From positions 1-64,000 of the forward strand of contig CAXHJY010000277.1 of NCBI GenBank assembly GCA_964016885.1: a stretch of 64,000 nt of DNA, given 5' to 3'. The position numbers and the translations under genes were made by a program. The notes beneath the pieces were generated by a model. The model was given only the letters and a program-made list of their open reading frames with translations, did not search any database and had not been told where the DNA came from. The first letter of the stretch is position 1, and each line of letters starts with the position of its first letter. The stretch comes from Eledone cirrhosa. Lineage: Eukaryota. Positions 1 through 12,400 of this stretch are shown here, one piece after another.

Positions 1-55
1 GGACCGGGTGATGCCATTATGTGCTTGAGCAAGACACTTTATTTCACGTTGCTCC
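1..55 (+). mobile_element. SINE fragment (segment after the tRNA-derived head), truncated by window edge
   Basis: GTGCTTGAGCAAGACACTTTATTTCACGTTGCTCC matches the body of the SINE heads at 23128-23248(-) and 31668-31773(+). Confidence 0.55.
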
Positions 56-135
56 TTCTACCTGGAGTTGTGACCGCTAGACAGTACTAGCAACTGGAAA
101 GACTGACGAAAACATTGTTCCCTCGGTCCGATTAG
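55..135 (+). repeat. Dispersed monomer related to the 31.9-33.6 kb satellite
   Basis: GGAGTTGTGAC...GACAGTA...GCAACTGGAAAGACTGACGAAAACATTGTTCCCTCGGTCC aligns by eye to the satellite unit GGAGTTGTGACTGACAGATAGTATCAACAATGGAAAGACC.ATGGAAACATTG. Confidence 0.6.
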
Positions 136-179
136 ACGAAAGTCGATGGATGCTTCTTTATGTATATATATAAGCATAT

Positions 180-373
180 ATATATTATATGTATATTATA
201 TATAATATATACATATATATAGGCATTTATATTATATATACAAATATAGAATATATATATATATATAAATTATATATATTATTAAATATATATAGTATAC
301 ATATATATAGGCATTTATATTATATATACAAATATAGAATATATATATATATATAAATTATATATATTATTAA

Positions 374-408
<35 letters not shown>

Positions 409-700
409 AATATAGAATATATTATATATATAAATTATATATATTACTATATATATATATACACATATATATAGGCATTATATTATATATACAAATATAG
501 AATATATATATATATAAATTATATATATTACTATATATATATATACACATATATATAGGCATTTATATTATATATACAAATATAGAATATATATATATAT
601 AAATTATATATATTACTATATATATATACTACACATATATATAGGCATTATATTATATATACAAATATAGAATATATATATATATATAAATTATATATAT

Positions 701-738
<38 letters not shown>
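180..738. repeat. TA-rich minisatellite (~85-90 bp unit, about 6 copies) merging into (TA)n
   Basis: Recurrent AGGCATTTATATTATATATACAAATATAGAAT block. Confidence 0.85.
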
Positions 739-741
<3 letters not shown>

Positions 742-1050
742 CAAAGATTAATATGGTTCGCTGATTACTCAATGAATACAATTTTACAATAGATTAAAAG
801 CACTCAACAGTGAAGTTTTCCTGGAGTTTTTAATATTATTCAAAATATTAAAAACTGAAGCATATTAACATAATCAAAATATATTCTTTATTATATATAT
901 TTCAAAGGTACTGTGTTGTATATATCAAATCATATATTTTATCTGATGAAGATGTACTGAAAAAACAACACAGTTCCTTTGAAATATATATAATAAAATA
1001 TATATTTTGATTATGAGAATATCCTTCATTTGTTAATATTTTGAATAATA
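739..1050 (+). mobile_element. Family B hammerhead-bearing fold-back element (PLE/retrozyme-like)
   Basis: Antisense arm 739-918 followed by a sense copy carrying the HHR; flanked by (TA)n on both sides. Confidence 0.7.
935..1000 (+). ncRNA. Type I hammerhead ribozyme motif (family B)
   Basis: TATTTTAT-CTGATGA-[stem II ACTG/CAGT]-GAAA-TATATA-TA-ATAAAATA; stem II imperfect. Confidence 0.7.
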
Positions 1051-1312
1051 TATATATATAATATATATATATATAAATATATATATATATAATATATATA
1101 TATATAATATATATATATATAATATATTATATATATATATAATATATTATATATATATATAATATATATAATATATATATACATATATATATATATATAA
1201 TATATATATATAATATATATATATATAATATATATATATAATATATATAATATATATATAATATATATATAATAATATATATATATATATATATATAATA
1301 TATAATATATAT

Positions 1313-1359
<47 letters not shown>

Positions 1360-1443
1360 TATATATATATAATATATATATATATAATATATAATATATA
1401 TATATAATATATATATATATATATAAACATATATATATAGTAA

Positions 1444-1495
<52 letters not shown>

Positions 1496-1567
1496 ATATA
1501 TATACATATATATATAGTAATATATATATATATATATATAATATATATACATATATATATATTATAC

Positions 1568-1638
<71 letters not shown>

Positions 1639-1708
1639 GTAATATATATATATATATATAATATATATACATATATATATATACATATATATACATATAT
1701 ATATATAC

Positions 1709-1739
<31 letters not shown>

Positions 1740-1924
1740 CATATATATATATACATATATATATATACATATATATATATACATATATATATATATACAT
1801 ATATATATATACATATATATATATACATATATATATATACATATATATATATACATATATATATATACATATATATATATACATATATATATATACATAT
1901 ATATATATATTACTATATATATAT
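1051..1924. repeat. (TA)n / (TATATAC)n microsatellite
   Basis: Direct inspection. Confidence 0.95.
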
Positions 1925-2280
1925 ACCACTACCACCACCATCACCATCACCTCTACCATGACCACCACCTTCACCACCATTCACGATCACCACCACGACC
2001 ACCACCACCACTACCACCACCACCACTATTACCACTATCACCACTACCACCACCACCACCACCACTACCACCACCACCACACTACCATCACCTTCACCAC
2101 CACCACCACCATCACCACTACCATCACCACCTCCACCATCATCATGACCGTCACCACCACCACCACATCCACCACTACCACCACCACTACTACCACCACC
2201 ATCACCACTACCATCACTAACACCACTACCACTATCAGCACTACCATCACCACCATGACCGTCACCACCACTACCACCGC
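1925..2280. repeat. (CAC/TAC/CAT)n trinucleotide repeat
   Basis: Direct inspection. Confidence 0.95.
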
Positions 2281-2302
2281 AAACAAACATACATATAATA
2301 TA

Positions 2303-2346
<44 letters not shown>

Positions 2347-2727
2347 TTAAATATGTGTGTGATAGAAGAAAAGAAATGAAAAAGACGGTTAAAAAGAATA
2401 ACAATAACAACAACAACAACAACAATAACAACAAGAAAAAGAAGGAAGAAACTAGAGGTAAAATAAATTCGTTAAAATGTCAAGATCAATATGATGAGGT
2501 CAGATGACATCACATCAAATGGTGATAACTGTTCAATACATATTTTTATTTCAATTGCGAAGAATGATCAAATATTCTTTATGAAGATTCTTATGGTTTT
2601 GTTTCAATTTTATTTTTGTTCTTTTCGTTGTGTTGTTGTTGTTGTTGTTGTCTTTGTTACTGTTGTCTTGTGTTGTTGTTGTTTTGTTGTGGTTTATATT
2701 GAAAAAAAAAAAAATACATATATATTA

Positions 2728-2765
<38 letters not shown>

Positions 2766-2893
2766 TATCTTTTGTATTATGTATTATAATATATATATAT
2801 ATGTATTATAATATATATATATATATGTATTATAATATATATATATATATATATATGCATGTGTGCGTGTTATCTTTTGTATTATGTATTATA

Positions 2894-2952
<59 letters not shown>

Positions 2953-3166
2953 TATATATACACACACACACACATATACATATATATGTGTGTGTGTGTG
3001 TATATATTTATATATATATAAATATCGACATATTTATATATATATATATATAAATAAATATATATTTATATATATATTATATATAAATATATATAAATAT
3101 GTATATATATATAAATATATATAAATATATATATATATAAATATATATAAATATATATAAATATAC

Positions 3167-3204
<38 letters not shown>

Positions 3205-3323
3205 AATATCTATATATTTATTATATATATATAAATATATATATATTTATATATAAATATATATATATTTATATATTATATTATATAAATATATATATAT
3301 TTATATATAAATATATATATATT

Positions 3324-3364
<41 letters not shown>

Positions 3365-3369
<5 letters not shown>

Positions 3370-3549
3370 GATGAGATTCTACAGGACTAGAACTGTTTCA
3401 TTCATTAGAAATCATCAGATTCCTGATGATTTCTAATGAATGAAACAGTTCTAGTCCTGTAGAATCTCATCTATATTAAAACTGTTATACTCTGCTATGT
3501 ATTGAGTACCTTACTTACTGTGGTTACCTCCGATTCAACCCGGAATAAC
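3365..3549 (+). mobile_element. Family E hammerhead fold-back element
   Basis: Perfect inverted arms 3365-3418 / 3423-3476 plus tail ending CCCGGAATAAC, in (TA)n. Confidence 0.8.
3417..3467 (+). ncRNA. Type I hammerhead ribozyme motif (family E)
   Basis: AGATTC-CTGATGA-T-TTC-TAAT-GAA-T-GAAA-CAG-TTCTAGTC-CTG-TA-GAATCT; predicted cleavage after GUA at 3461. Confidence 0.88.
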
Positions 3550-3565
3550 GTATATATATATTTAT

Positions 3566-3654
<89 letters not shown>

Positions 3655-3688
3655 TTATATATATAAATATCTATATATTTATATATAT

Positions 3689-3772
<84 letters not shown>

Positions 3773-3980
3773 ATATATATAAATATATACATATTTATAT
3801 ATATTATATATATATATATATATAAATATATACATATTTATATATATTATATATATATAAATATATACATATTTATATATATTATATATATATAAATATA
3901 TACATATTTATATATATTATATATATATATATAAATATATACATATTTATATATATTATATACAAATATATATTATATAT

Positions 3981-4041
<61 letters not shown>

Positions 4042-4364
4042 TTTATAATATATAATATAAAAGATAACATATATTCATGTTAGGTGCTGAGTAAATAGAT
4101 TTTCCGCAACCTCCATTCACTGTTCTTAAGTTTATTTTCTGAAGAATTCTTACTTACGCCATCTTAACTCTCTCACTTTGTATATATATCCATACATATA
4201 TATGTATATATATAAATGTGTATATAAGTATTTGTGTGTGTATATATATACACAAATATATATACACACAAATATATATATGTATATATATATATGTGTA
4301 TATAAGTATTTGTGTGTATATATATACACAAATATATATACACACAAATATATATATATATTTT

Positions 4365-4395
<31 letters not shown>

Positions 4396-5150
4396 GAAAG
4401 TTGTAGTCTATGAAAAGTACCAACTGACGCCATGTTAACTATCACTTTGTTTATATGTCTGTGTGTGTATATGTGTGTATATGTATATATATTTGTATAT
4501 GTGTGTAAAAGGAAAATTATTTTACGTCTTTCAGATAATTGTTCTGCATCCCCCTTGCATTGAACCACAAAGTTACTAAGACAAAACCTATATATTTGCT
4601 AGCATAGGTATGCATCTGTATATATATATATGTTGGTAGATATACTAATTCTTTATAATTAACTCCAAATTATTTTGTTGAGCAAACATTTGCCAAAACT
4701 GCCACTATAGTTCTTAGTAATAGTTCGGCTACTGTCTTCTTAACAACCCACTCCTCACTGATTAACCTCGATGTCACGTGATTGATTCTTTTGAATTTGC
4801 CACCGACCAAGTAGGCAGTGATTGTTTCAATGTCTTGGAATTTAGTCCCTCGCTTGCTTTTTTCTATCCACTGAATTATTTTTGCATAAGTTCCCTGTGT
4901 CCACGCATCGCCTGGGAAATTAGCTAAGAATTGACTTCCTGATGATGAAAGGCATTCTCCATGTGTTCCATTCGGAAACCATGTTTATTCCCTTTCAGAA
5001 ACTAATTAGTTGGAGTGAAATTTTAGTAAGTAAGTTAATTATATATATATATATATTGTATTTACATTCCTATGGAATGTATGAATGTGTGTGTGTAAAA
5101 GACATAACAAAAACAACAAAACAAACGACACACGACTTGGAAGAAATATA

Positions 5151-5272
5151 TTAACTTTGTCTTTCATCCTTGCAGAGTCGATAAAATAAAGTAGCAGTAA
5201 TACACTGTGGTCGATTTAATCGACTTTCCCCTTTCGCCCAAAAATTACTGACCTTGTGCCTATATAAGAAAC
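5151..5272 (+). mobile_element. tRNA-derived SINE, 5' truncated, older subfamily
   Basis: TTTCATCCTT..GTCGATAAAATAAAGTA.CAGT core plus GGTCGATTTAATCGAC block and CCTTGTGCC end. Confidence 0.8.
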
Positions 5273-5274
5273 CA

Positions 5275-5466
5275 CGGTGGATTGGCAGTATCAGTAGAGG
5301 GTCGGACGCCGTGCTTTGACGCATAGAGTTACGTCTCTTTATGATCTGAGTTCAAATCCTGCCGAGGTTAACTTTACCTTTCATCCTTACGGGGTCGATA
5401 AAATAAAGTACCAGTAATGTACTGGGGTATTTGCTGGCCGTGTGCCAAATGTAGAAACAATTATTA
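5275..5466 (+). mobile_element. tRNA-derived SINE, full length (main family of this window)
   Basis: A-box-like TGGCAGTATCAGT, B box GAGTTCAAATCC, core CCTTTCATCCTTACGGGGTCGATAAAATAAAGTACCAG, (ATT)n tail. Confidence 0.9.
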
Positions 5467-5476
5467 TTATTATTAC

Positions 5477-5663
5477 TGGATTGGCAGTATCGGTAGAGCG
5501 TCGGACGCCATGCTTTGACGCATAGAGTTTCGGCCCTTGCCATTCTGAGTTCAAATCCCGCCGAGGTTAACTTTGCTTTCATCCTTACGGGGTCGATAAA
5601 ATAAAGTACCAGTAATGCACTGGGGTATTTGCTGGCCGTCTGCCAAATGTAGAAGCAATTATT
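5477..5663 (+). mobile_element. tRNA-derived SINE, full length
   Basis: Same as previous; inserted head-to-tail after the ATT tail. Confidence 0.9.
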
Positions 5664-5809
5664 ACTATAGAGTCTGGTAGAGGCAAAAGCAACTCATTAA
5701 ATGGGATCAGAACAAACAAACAATTGGAACCGGTTTACCAAACATTGTTTTGATCTATCACACACTTGGCTGACATTTCTGACAATTATCAAAGAGCAGA
5801 CGACGGTGA

Positions 5810-6805
5810 CGTGGAGGTGGTGGTGGTGGTGGTAGTGGTAGTTGTGGTGGTGGTGGTGGTGGTGATGGTGATGGTGGTAGTGGTGGTGGTAGTGGTGATG
5901 GTGGTGGTAGTGGTGATGGTGGTGATGGTAGTGGTGATGGTGGTAGTGGTGATGGTGGTAGTGGTTATGGTGGTGATGGTGGTAGTGGTGGAGGTGGTGG
6001 TGGTGGTGGTGGTAGTGGTGGTGGTGGTGGTGATGGTGGTGGTGGTAATGGTGGTGGTAGTGGTGATGGTAGTGGTAATGGTGGTGGTGATTGTGGTAGT
6101 GGTGATTGTGGTAGTGGTGATTGTGGTAGTGGAGGTGGTGATGGCAGTGGTGGTAGTGGTGATGGTAGTAGTGATGGTGGTGGTGGTAGTGGTGATGGTA
6201 GTGGTGATGGTAGTGGTGATGGTGGTGGTGGTAGTGGTGATGGTGGTAGTGGTTATGGTGGTGATGGTGGTAATGGTGATGGTGGTGGTGATGGTGGTAG
6301 TGGTGATTGTGGTAGTGGTGGTGGTGATAGTGGTGATGGTGGTGGTAGTGGTAGTGAAAGTAGTGGTGGTGATTGTGGTAGTGGTGGTAGTGGTGGTGGT
6401 GGTAGTGGTGGTAGTGGTGATGGTGGTGATGGTGGTAGTGGTGATGGTGATAGTGCTGATGGTGGTAGTGGTGATGGTGGTAGTGGTGATGGTGGTAGTG
6501 GTGGTTGTGGTAGTGGTGGTGGTGGTGGTAGTGGTGGTAGTGGTGATTGTGGTAGTGGTGTTGTTGGTAGTGGTGATGGTGATAGTGGTGGTGTTGGTAG
6601 CGGTGATGGTGATAGTGGTGGTGTTGGTAGTGGTGATGGTAGTGGTGGTGACGCTCATGCTGATGGTGGTGGTGAGGTGGTGGTAGTGATGATAGTGGTG
6701 ATGGTGGTGGTGGTGGTGGTAGTCGTCTTCGAGGTGGAGGGTTCGTGGTGGTGATGGTGGGAGGGGGCGAGTGGTCGTGGTGGAGGTGATGATGATAGTA
6801 GTAGT
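5810..6805. repeat. (GTG/GTA/ATG)n trinucleotide repeat
   Basis: Direct inspection. Confidence 0.95.
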
Positions 6806-6852
6806 ATTTGATTAAGTCCTCAAAAGCGCAAACGGTTAAACTGTTTATATAT

Positions 6853-6901
<49 letters not shown>

Positions 6902-7250
6902 TATGTCTCTCATTCACCTCCCACCACTCATTTCCCCCTCCCACTCACACTTCTTTCTCTTCACACCTGGCCTCCTCTTCTCCCACTCTCCTCTTCCACC
7001 CCTTCACCTCCACCCAACCTCTCACTACAACCCACACACTCTACCTTAGACGGCAGGTCATCTTTAATTCAATTAGCTTAATTTAAACAATCGGTCTCAC
7101 CGCCTGTCTTCCTTCATTACCTTGTACCATGAAAAACAAAGTACCACCATCCAGGCCCCACACCACAGCGCCACCACACACCACCTCTTCTCTACACCCG
7201 CTTGTCCACCCCGTTAACTTGTGGTCATTTATATATATATATATATTATA

Positions 7251-7284
<34 letters not shown>

Positions 7285-7315
7285 GTATAGTATATATATA
7301 TGTATATATATATAT

Positions 7316-7367
<52 letters not shown>

Positions 7368-7539
7368 ACATATATATATATTTATATATATATTTATATA
7401 TATATTTATATATATATATATATTTATATATATTTATATATATAATATACATATATATATAAATATATATATATATTTATATATATATATACATATATAT
7501 ATAAATATATATATATATTTATATATATATATACATATA

Positions 7540-7579
<40 letters not shown>

Positions 7580-7747
7580 TATATATATATTTATATATAT
7601 ATATACATATATATTTATATATATATTTATATATATATATATTTATATATATATATACATATATATTTATATATATATTTATATATATATATATATATAT
7701 ACATATATATATTTATATATTATATATATATATATATATTTCTCTCT

Positions 7748-7796
<49 letters not shown>

Positions 7797-7873
7797 GAAA
7801 AATTTGAACAGGTACAGAACAGAGAGGCAGTATATAATATATAAGATCAAAAGATGGTTAAATGAGTTCCATG

Positions 7874-7944
7874 TATTTTATTATGCGCATTTCAAAAACA
7901 AATATCATCATGAGATGACATTTGCGTTTTCGTCAGATAAAATA
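7874..7944 (-). ncRNA. Type I hammerhead ribozyme motif (family H)
   Basis: Minus strand: TATTTTAT-CTGACGA-[AAAC GCAAATGTCATC TCAT GATGATATTTGT TTTT]-GAAA-TGCGCA-TA-ATAAAATA; palindromic stem III ATGCGCAT. Confidence 0.85.
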
Positions 7945-8157
7945 GGGAGACATGATATGAAGGTTAAAAACACTTGTGGATAGTGCAGTTTTAAATCAAC
8001 ATATGATACTGCCAATGAACTCATAATCCTCTGTTTACTGATATATATATATTTCGATGATAGCTATTGAATGGCTATGACCTCACCAGGCAGTTAGTCA
8101 GTTCTTATATATGCCAGCTCGGTGTTTTTGGTATTGATGGTTTCAGGAGAGAGAGAT

Positions 8158-8191
<34 letters not shown>

Positions 8192-8227
8192 GTTGAAACA
8201 CAAAAGACAAAAACAATAACGAACAGT

Positions 8228-8370
8228 CAGGACCCCGACAGCTGAGCTCCGGCCGTTTCGAAAGCTAAATCCACCTCTACCACCTCTACTATTACCCACT
8301 CTACTACCCTAAGTATCGAGTACTCTGGTGCGTTATGGTCCATCTGGTTCCTTACAACATTTTCTTTGTT
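8228..8370. mobile_element. Family A element, divergent variant
   Basis: GACCCCGACAGCTGAGCTC..CCGTTTCG arm plus CTATTACCCACTCTACTACCCTAAGTAT..GGTTCCTTAC tail. Confidence 0.7.
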
Positions 8371-8430
8371 ATATATATATAAATATATATATATATATAA
8401 ATATATATATATTTATATATATATATATAT

Positions 8431-8548
8431 AAACCAGTAGAGCAAATATTTATTAGAAGAATAGATTAAAGTTTAAGTAAATAGTCGCTGCTTTCACACT
8501 TTATGGGATTTTCTGAAGATCCTTTGCTTAACTTTAATCTGTTCTTAT
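8431..8548. mobile_element. Family D fold-back element, decayed
   Basis: AGATTAAAGTTTAAG...TTCTGAA arm with inverted TTTGCTTAACTTTAATCTG. Confidence 0.6.
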
Positions 8549-8549
8549 A

Positions 8550-8583
<34 letters not shown>

Positions 8584-8585
<2 letters not shown>

Positions 8586-8786
8586 ACGAAGGAGTTGTGG
8601 TAAGGAACCAGATGGACCATAACGCACCAGAGTACTCAATACTTAGTGTAGTAGAGTGGGTAATAGGAAAATGTATGACCCCGACGGCAGAGCAAAGCCG
8701 TTTCGACGGCTAATTCTGGACTAAATTTAGTCCAGAAATACCCGTCGAAACGGCTTGAGCTCTGCCGTCGGGGTCATACATTTTCA
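8584..8786 (-). mobile_element. Family A fold-back element
   Basis: Long arm 8584-8724, turn GGACTAAATTTAGTCC, short arm to 8786; (TA)n flanks. Confidence 0.85.
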
Positions 8787-8858
8787 TATATATATATATA
8801 TAGTGTATATATATATATATATATAGTTTATATATATATATATGTGAATATGTGTCTT

Positions 8859-9189
8859 TAGAGAGAGAGAGAGAGAGTGCATGAAAGACAAAGAGAGAGC
8901 GAGAAGAGGGAGAGATAAGAAGAGGGAGAGATAAAAAAAGGGAGGGGGAAGAGAGAGAGGGAGGAAAGAGGCCAGAGAGAGAGAGGGGGGAATGAGGTCA
9001 GAGAGAGAGAGAGAAGGGAGAGAGAAGGGAGAGAGGCAAGAGAGAGGTCAGAGAGAGAGAGGCGGGAGAGAGGTCAGAGAGAGGAGAAGGAGAGAGGTCA
9101 GAGAGAGAGAGTAGGGGAGAGAGAGAGTAGGGGAGGGAGGGAGAGAGGTCAGAGAGAGAGAGAGAGGGGGGAGGGGAGGGGGGGAGAGA
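8859..9189. repeat. GA-rich purine tract
   Basis: Direct inspection. Confidence 0.9.
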
Positions 9190-9520
9190 TCGTCGGGTAT
9201 CGTAGAGACGGGAGTTACCAAGAATGTTGTACAATGTCGATACACAAAGCCGAAGTACCGGATATACATTGACAGGGATATCACTTCGGGGTACACCGTA
9301 AAGTTACACCTACATCTTAATTTAGTAGATAGAGCTCAGCGGTTCTTTATCTCTCTGTGTGTGTGGTGCCTGTATGTGTATATATATTTATATATTTATT
9401 TATTTATATATATATAGATATTTATTTATATATGTATATATGTATGTATATATGGGCTTGAATACAAACACACACGCACATATATGCTTGTATATAAACA
9501 CACACACACACATAACATAT

Positions 9521-9657
9521 ATAGCGAGGGTAAAGTGGTAAGGAACCAGGTGGACCATAACGCACCAAAGTACTCAATACTTAGGGTAGTAGAGTGGGTA
9601 ATAGGAGTAAGTAAGACCCCGACGGCTGAGCTCAAGCCGTTTCGACGGCTAATTCTG
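9521..9657 (-). mobile_element. Family A element, single arm
   Basis: GTGGTAAGGAACCAG.TGGACCATAACGCACC...GACCCCGACGGCTGAGCTCAAGCCGTTTCGACGGCTAATTCTG. Confidence 0.85.
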
Positions 9658-9764
9658 TACATATATATATACTTCATACAGCTTGCACTATGGGACATGC
9701 CCTTCATTAGCTGTTGACTGGAGATCTCAACGATTTGGGGTATGTATATATATATGTATATATA

Positions 9765-9968
9765 TAGGAACGTGTAAGACCCCGACGGCTGAGCTCAAGC
9801 CGTTTCGACGGCTAATTCTGGACTAAAAATTAGTCCAGAATTAGCCGTCGAAATGGCTTGAGCTCAGCCGTCGGGGTCTTACTCGTTCCTATTACCCACT
9901 CTACTACCCTAAGTATTGAGTACTTAGGTGCGTTATGGTCCACCTGGTTCCTTACCACATTTCCTTCG

Positions 9969-9971
<3 letters not shown>
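9765..9971 (+). mobile_element. Family A fold-back element
   Basis: Short arm, turn GGACTAAAAATTAGTCC, long arm; (TA)n flanks. Confidence 0.85.
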
Positions 9972-10007
<36 letters not shown>

Positions 10008-10210
10008 TATGTACACGTACATACATATATGTATACAGACGTACAGTAGTATGTATATATATATACATACATGCACACATATATATATGTACGTATGGAT
10101 TCACCGAACATTTATTATAATGCTCGGTGTGTTTGTAAACAAACGTCCCGTATTAAGCCGTACAGTGTCCAGCAACCATCGTTGCTCGTTTGTTCAACAC
10201 TGACAAAGGA

Positions 10211-10253
10211 ACACTGTACTAGTTTCAAGCTTATTAGCTATCGTCAGCAACGT
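10211..10253 (-). ncRNA. Minimal type I hammerhead ribozyme motif (family F)
   Basis: Minus strand: ACGTTG-CTGACGA-T-AGCT-AATA-AGCT-T-GAAA-CTAG-TA-CAGTGT. Confidence 0.85.
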
Positions 10254-10372
10254 ATAGCTTCCTGCCAGATCGTTGAACGTATATACTTACCTTATGCATA
10301 TTAACGGCTGAGTAGCCCAATTTGCATATCGAGTGGGTTAATCGGCCGGGTGCACCGAAAACGATAAACGGA

Positions 10373-10556
10373 AATAATTGTTTCTACTTTTGGCGCAAGG
10401 CCAGCAATTATCCCAGTATATTACTGGTACTTTATTTTATCGACCCCGTAAGGATGAAAGGCAAAGTTAACCTCGGCGGGATTTGAACTCAGATCGTAAA
10501 GGGACGTAACTATGCTGGAAAGCATGTCCGACATTCTACCGATACTGCCAACTCAC
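10373..10556 (-). mobile_element. tRNA-derived SINE inserted in family F element
   Basis: Reverse complement of 5275-5466 type. Confidence 0.9.
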
Positions 10557-10945
10557 AATGAAACGAAATTTCATTTCCCACTCTTAGTATGGCTGTTACT
10601 TAAATATAAGTATGTACACGTACATACATATATGTATACAGACGTACAGTAGTATGTATATATATATATACATACATGCACACATATATATATGTACGTA
10701 TGGATTCACCGAACATTTATGTGAATCCATACGTACATATATATATATATATATGCATGTATGTATATATATATATATATACATAATACTGTATGTCTGT
10801 ATACATATAATATATAATATATATATATATATTTATATATAATATATATATATATTTATATATAATATATATATATATTTATATATTGGAATGTCTTTGA
10901 AACTTCATGGATATTTACGGAATTACAAATATGTAAATATGTATG

Positions 10946-10999
<54 letters not shown>

Positions 11000-11203
11000 C
11001 ACACACACACATATATATATCATTTCGCTTACAGCACCACCACCACTATCACCACTTCCCCCACTACAGCCACCACCACCACTATCCCTAACACCACCAC
11101 CACCACCACCACCACCGCTATCACATGACACGTGTTTCATAGGATCATTCCTTACAGTAACAGGTGTTGTATCCGGGGCTGCTCGACGTAAAAGACCCCA
11201 CAG

Positions 11204-12075
11204 GGGTGGTGGTGGTGGTAGTGGTGGTGGTGGTGGTAGTGGTGGTGGTGGTGATGGTGTGGTGGTGGTAGTGGTTGAGGTGGTGGTAGTGGTGGTGGTG
11301 GTGGTAGTGGTGGTGATGATTGTGTGGTGGTAGTAGTGGTAGTGGTGGTGGTAGTGGTGGTGAGGATGGTGGTGATGATGGTGTGGTGGTGATGGTGGTT
11401 GAGCTGGTGGTAGAGGATGGTGTTGTGGTGGTAGTTGTGGTGGTGAGCATGGTGGTGATGATGGGGTGGTGGTAGTAGTGGTTGAGGTGATGGTAGTGGT
11501 GGTGGTGAGGATGGTGGTGATGATTGTGTGGTGGTAGTAGTGGTTGAGGTGGTGGTAGTGGTGGTGTTGTGGTGGTGGTGGTGTTGTGGTGGTGGTGGTA
11601 GTGGTGGTGGTGATGATGGTGTGGTTGAGGTGGTGGTAGAGGTGGTGTTGTGGTGGTGGTAGTGGTTGAGGTGGTGGTAGTGGTGGTGGTGGTGAGGATG
11701 GTGTTGATGATGGTGGTGAGGATGGTGGTGCGGATGGTGGTGTGGTTGAGGTGGTGGTAGAGGTGGTGGTGTGGTGGTGGTAGTGGTAGAGGTGGTAATG
11801 GTGTGTGGTGGTGGTAGTGGTTGAGGTAGTGGTTGTAGTGGTGGTGTGTGGTGGTGGTAGTAGTTATAGTGGTGGTGAGGATGATGGTGATGACGGTGTG
11901 GTGGTGTGAGGTGGTGGTTCAGGTAGTGGTAGTGGGGATGACAGTGATGGTGGTGATGGTGATGGTGGATAGTGGTAAATGTTGTGGTGATGTGGATGAT
12001 GATGGTGGTGGTGGATGATGATGGTAAAGATGGTGGTGATAGTGGAAGTAGTGGTGGTGGTGGTGGTGGTGGTTC
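11204..12075. repeat. (GGT)n-type repeat
   Basis: Direct inspection. Confidence 0.95.
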
Positions 12076-12400
12076 TGGTCACGATGATATTGGCGGGGGT
12101 AGTGATAGTGGCCATAATGTGTGAGGGGGTGGGGGTATGCTTGTGGTGATAGTGGTGGCAGTGTTGGTGGAGGGGACAGGTCACTACCCGTCCGCCCCTG
12201 CCCACAAACTAGGCAACCCTCCAGTTCCCAGCCAAAGCCGCTCCCTGCGGGTCTTCAGCCCAGCTGACACGGTCGGAAGTTCCACCTGTTTTACTATGTT
12301 GACGCGTCATGACAGCGCATGCGCTGCTTCCAGTCCACTGCCCCCTATCTGAGATTGCTAAACTCATTTGGACATACACACTTATATACATATATATATA

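Larger units (their letters stand above)
10003..10805 (-). mobile_element. Family F retrozyme-like element (~415-420 nt unit, terminally redundant), interrupted by a SINE
   Basis: 10003-10115 repeated at 10606-10719; HHR at 10211-10253; inverted arm 10721-10805. Confidence 0.75.

Noticed and set aside
100-150. CTGACGA...GACGAAAGTC hammerhead-like words
   Set aside because: No stem I/III; the sequence is a diverged monomer of the GGAAAGACC.ATGGAAACATTG satellite
1026-1980. Long YI/IY-rich ORFs here and at 14674-15722, 52216-55799, 58736-59867 and elsewhere
   Set aside because: Translations of (TA)n/(CA)n microsatellites, which lack stop codons; no domain content
4936-4990. CTGATGA...GAAACCATGTT hammerhead-like motif
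   Set aside because: Plausible stem II but no stem I pairing; at best a decayed copy
5275-5360. tRNA-like A and B boxes
   Set aside because: They are SINE heads followed by SINE core and tail, not cloverleaf tRNA genes
5697-6944. His-, Thr- and Val-rich ORFs of 289-415 aa
   Set aside because: Open in several frames of a (GTG)n repeat; artefact
12170-12350. GC-rich island with minus-strand CTGAAGA-CCC-GCA-GGG
   Set aside because: No GAAA or stem III follows; no coding or family evidence
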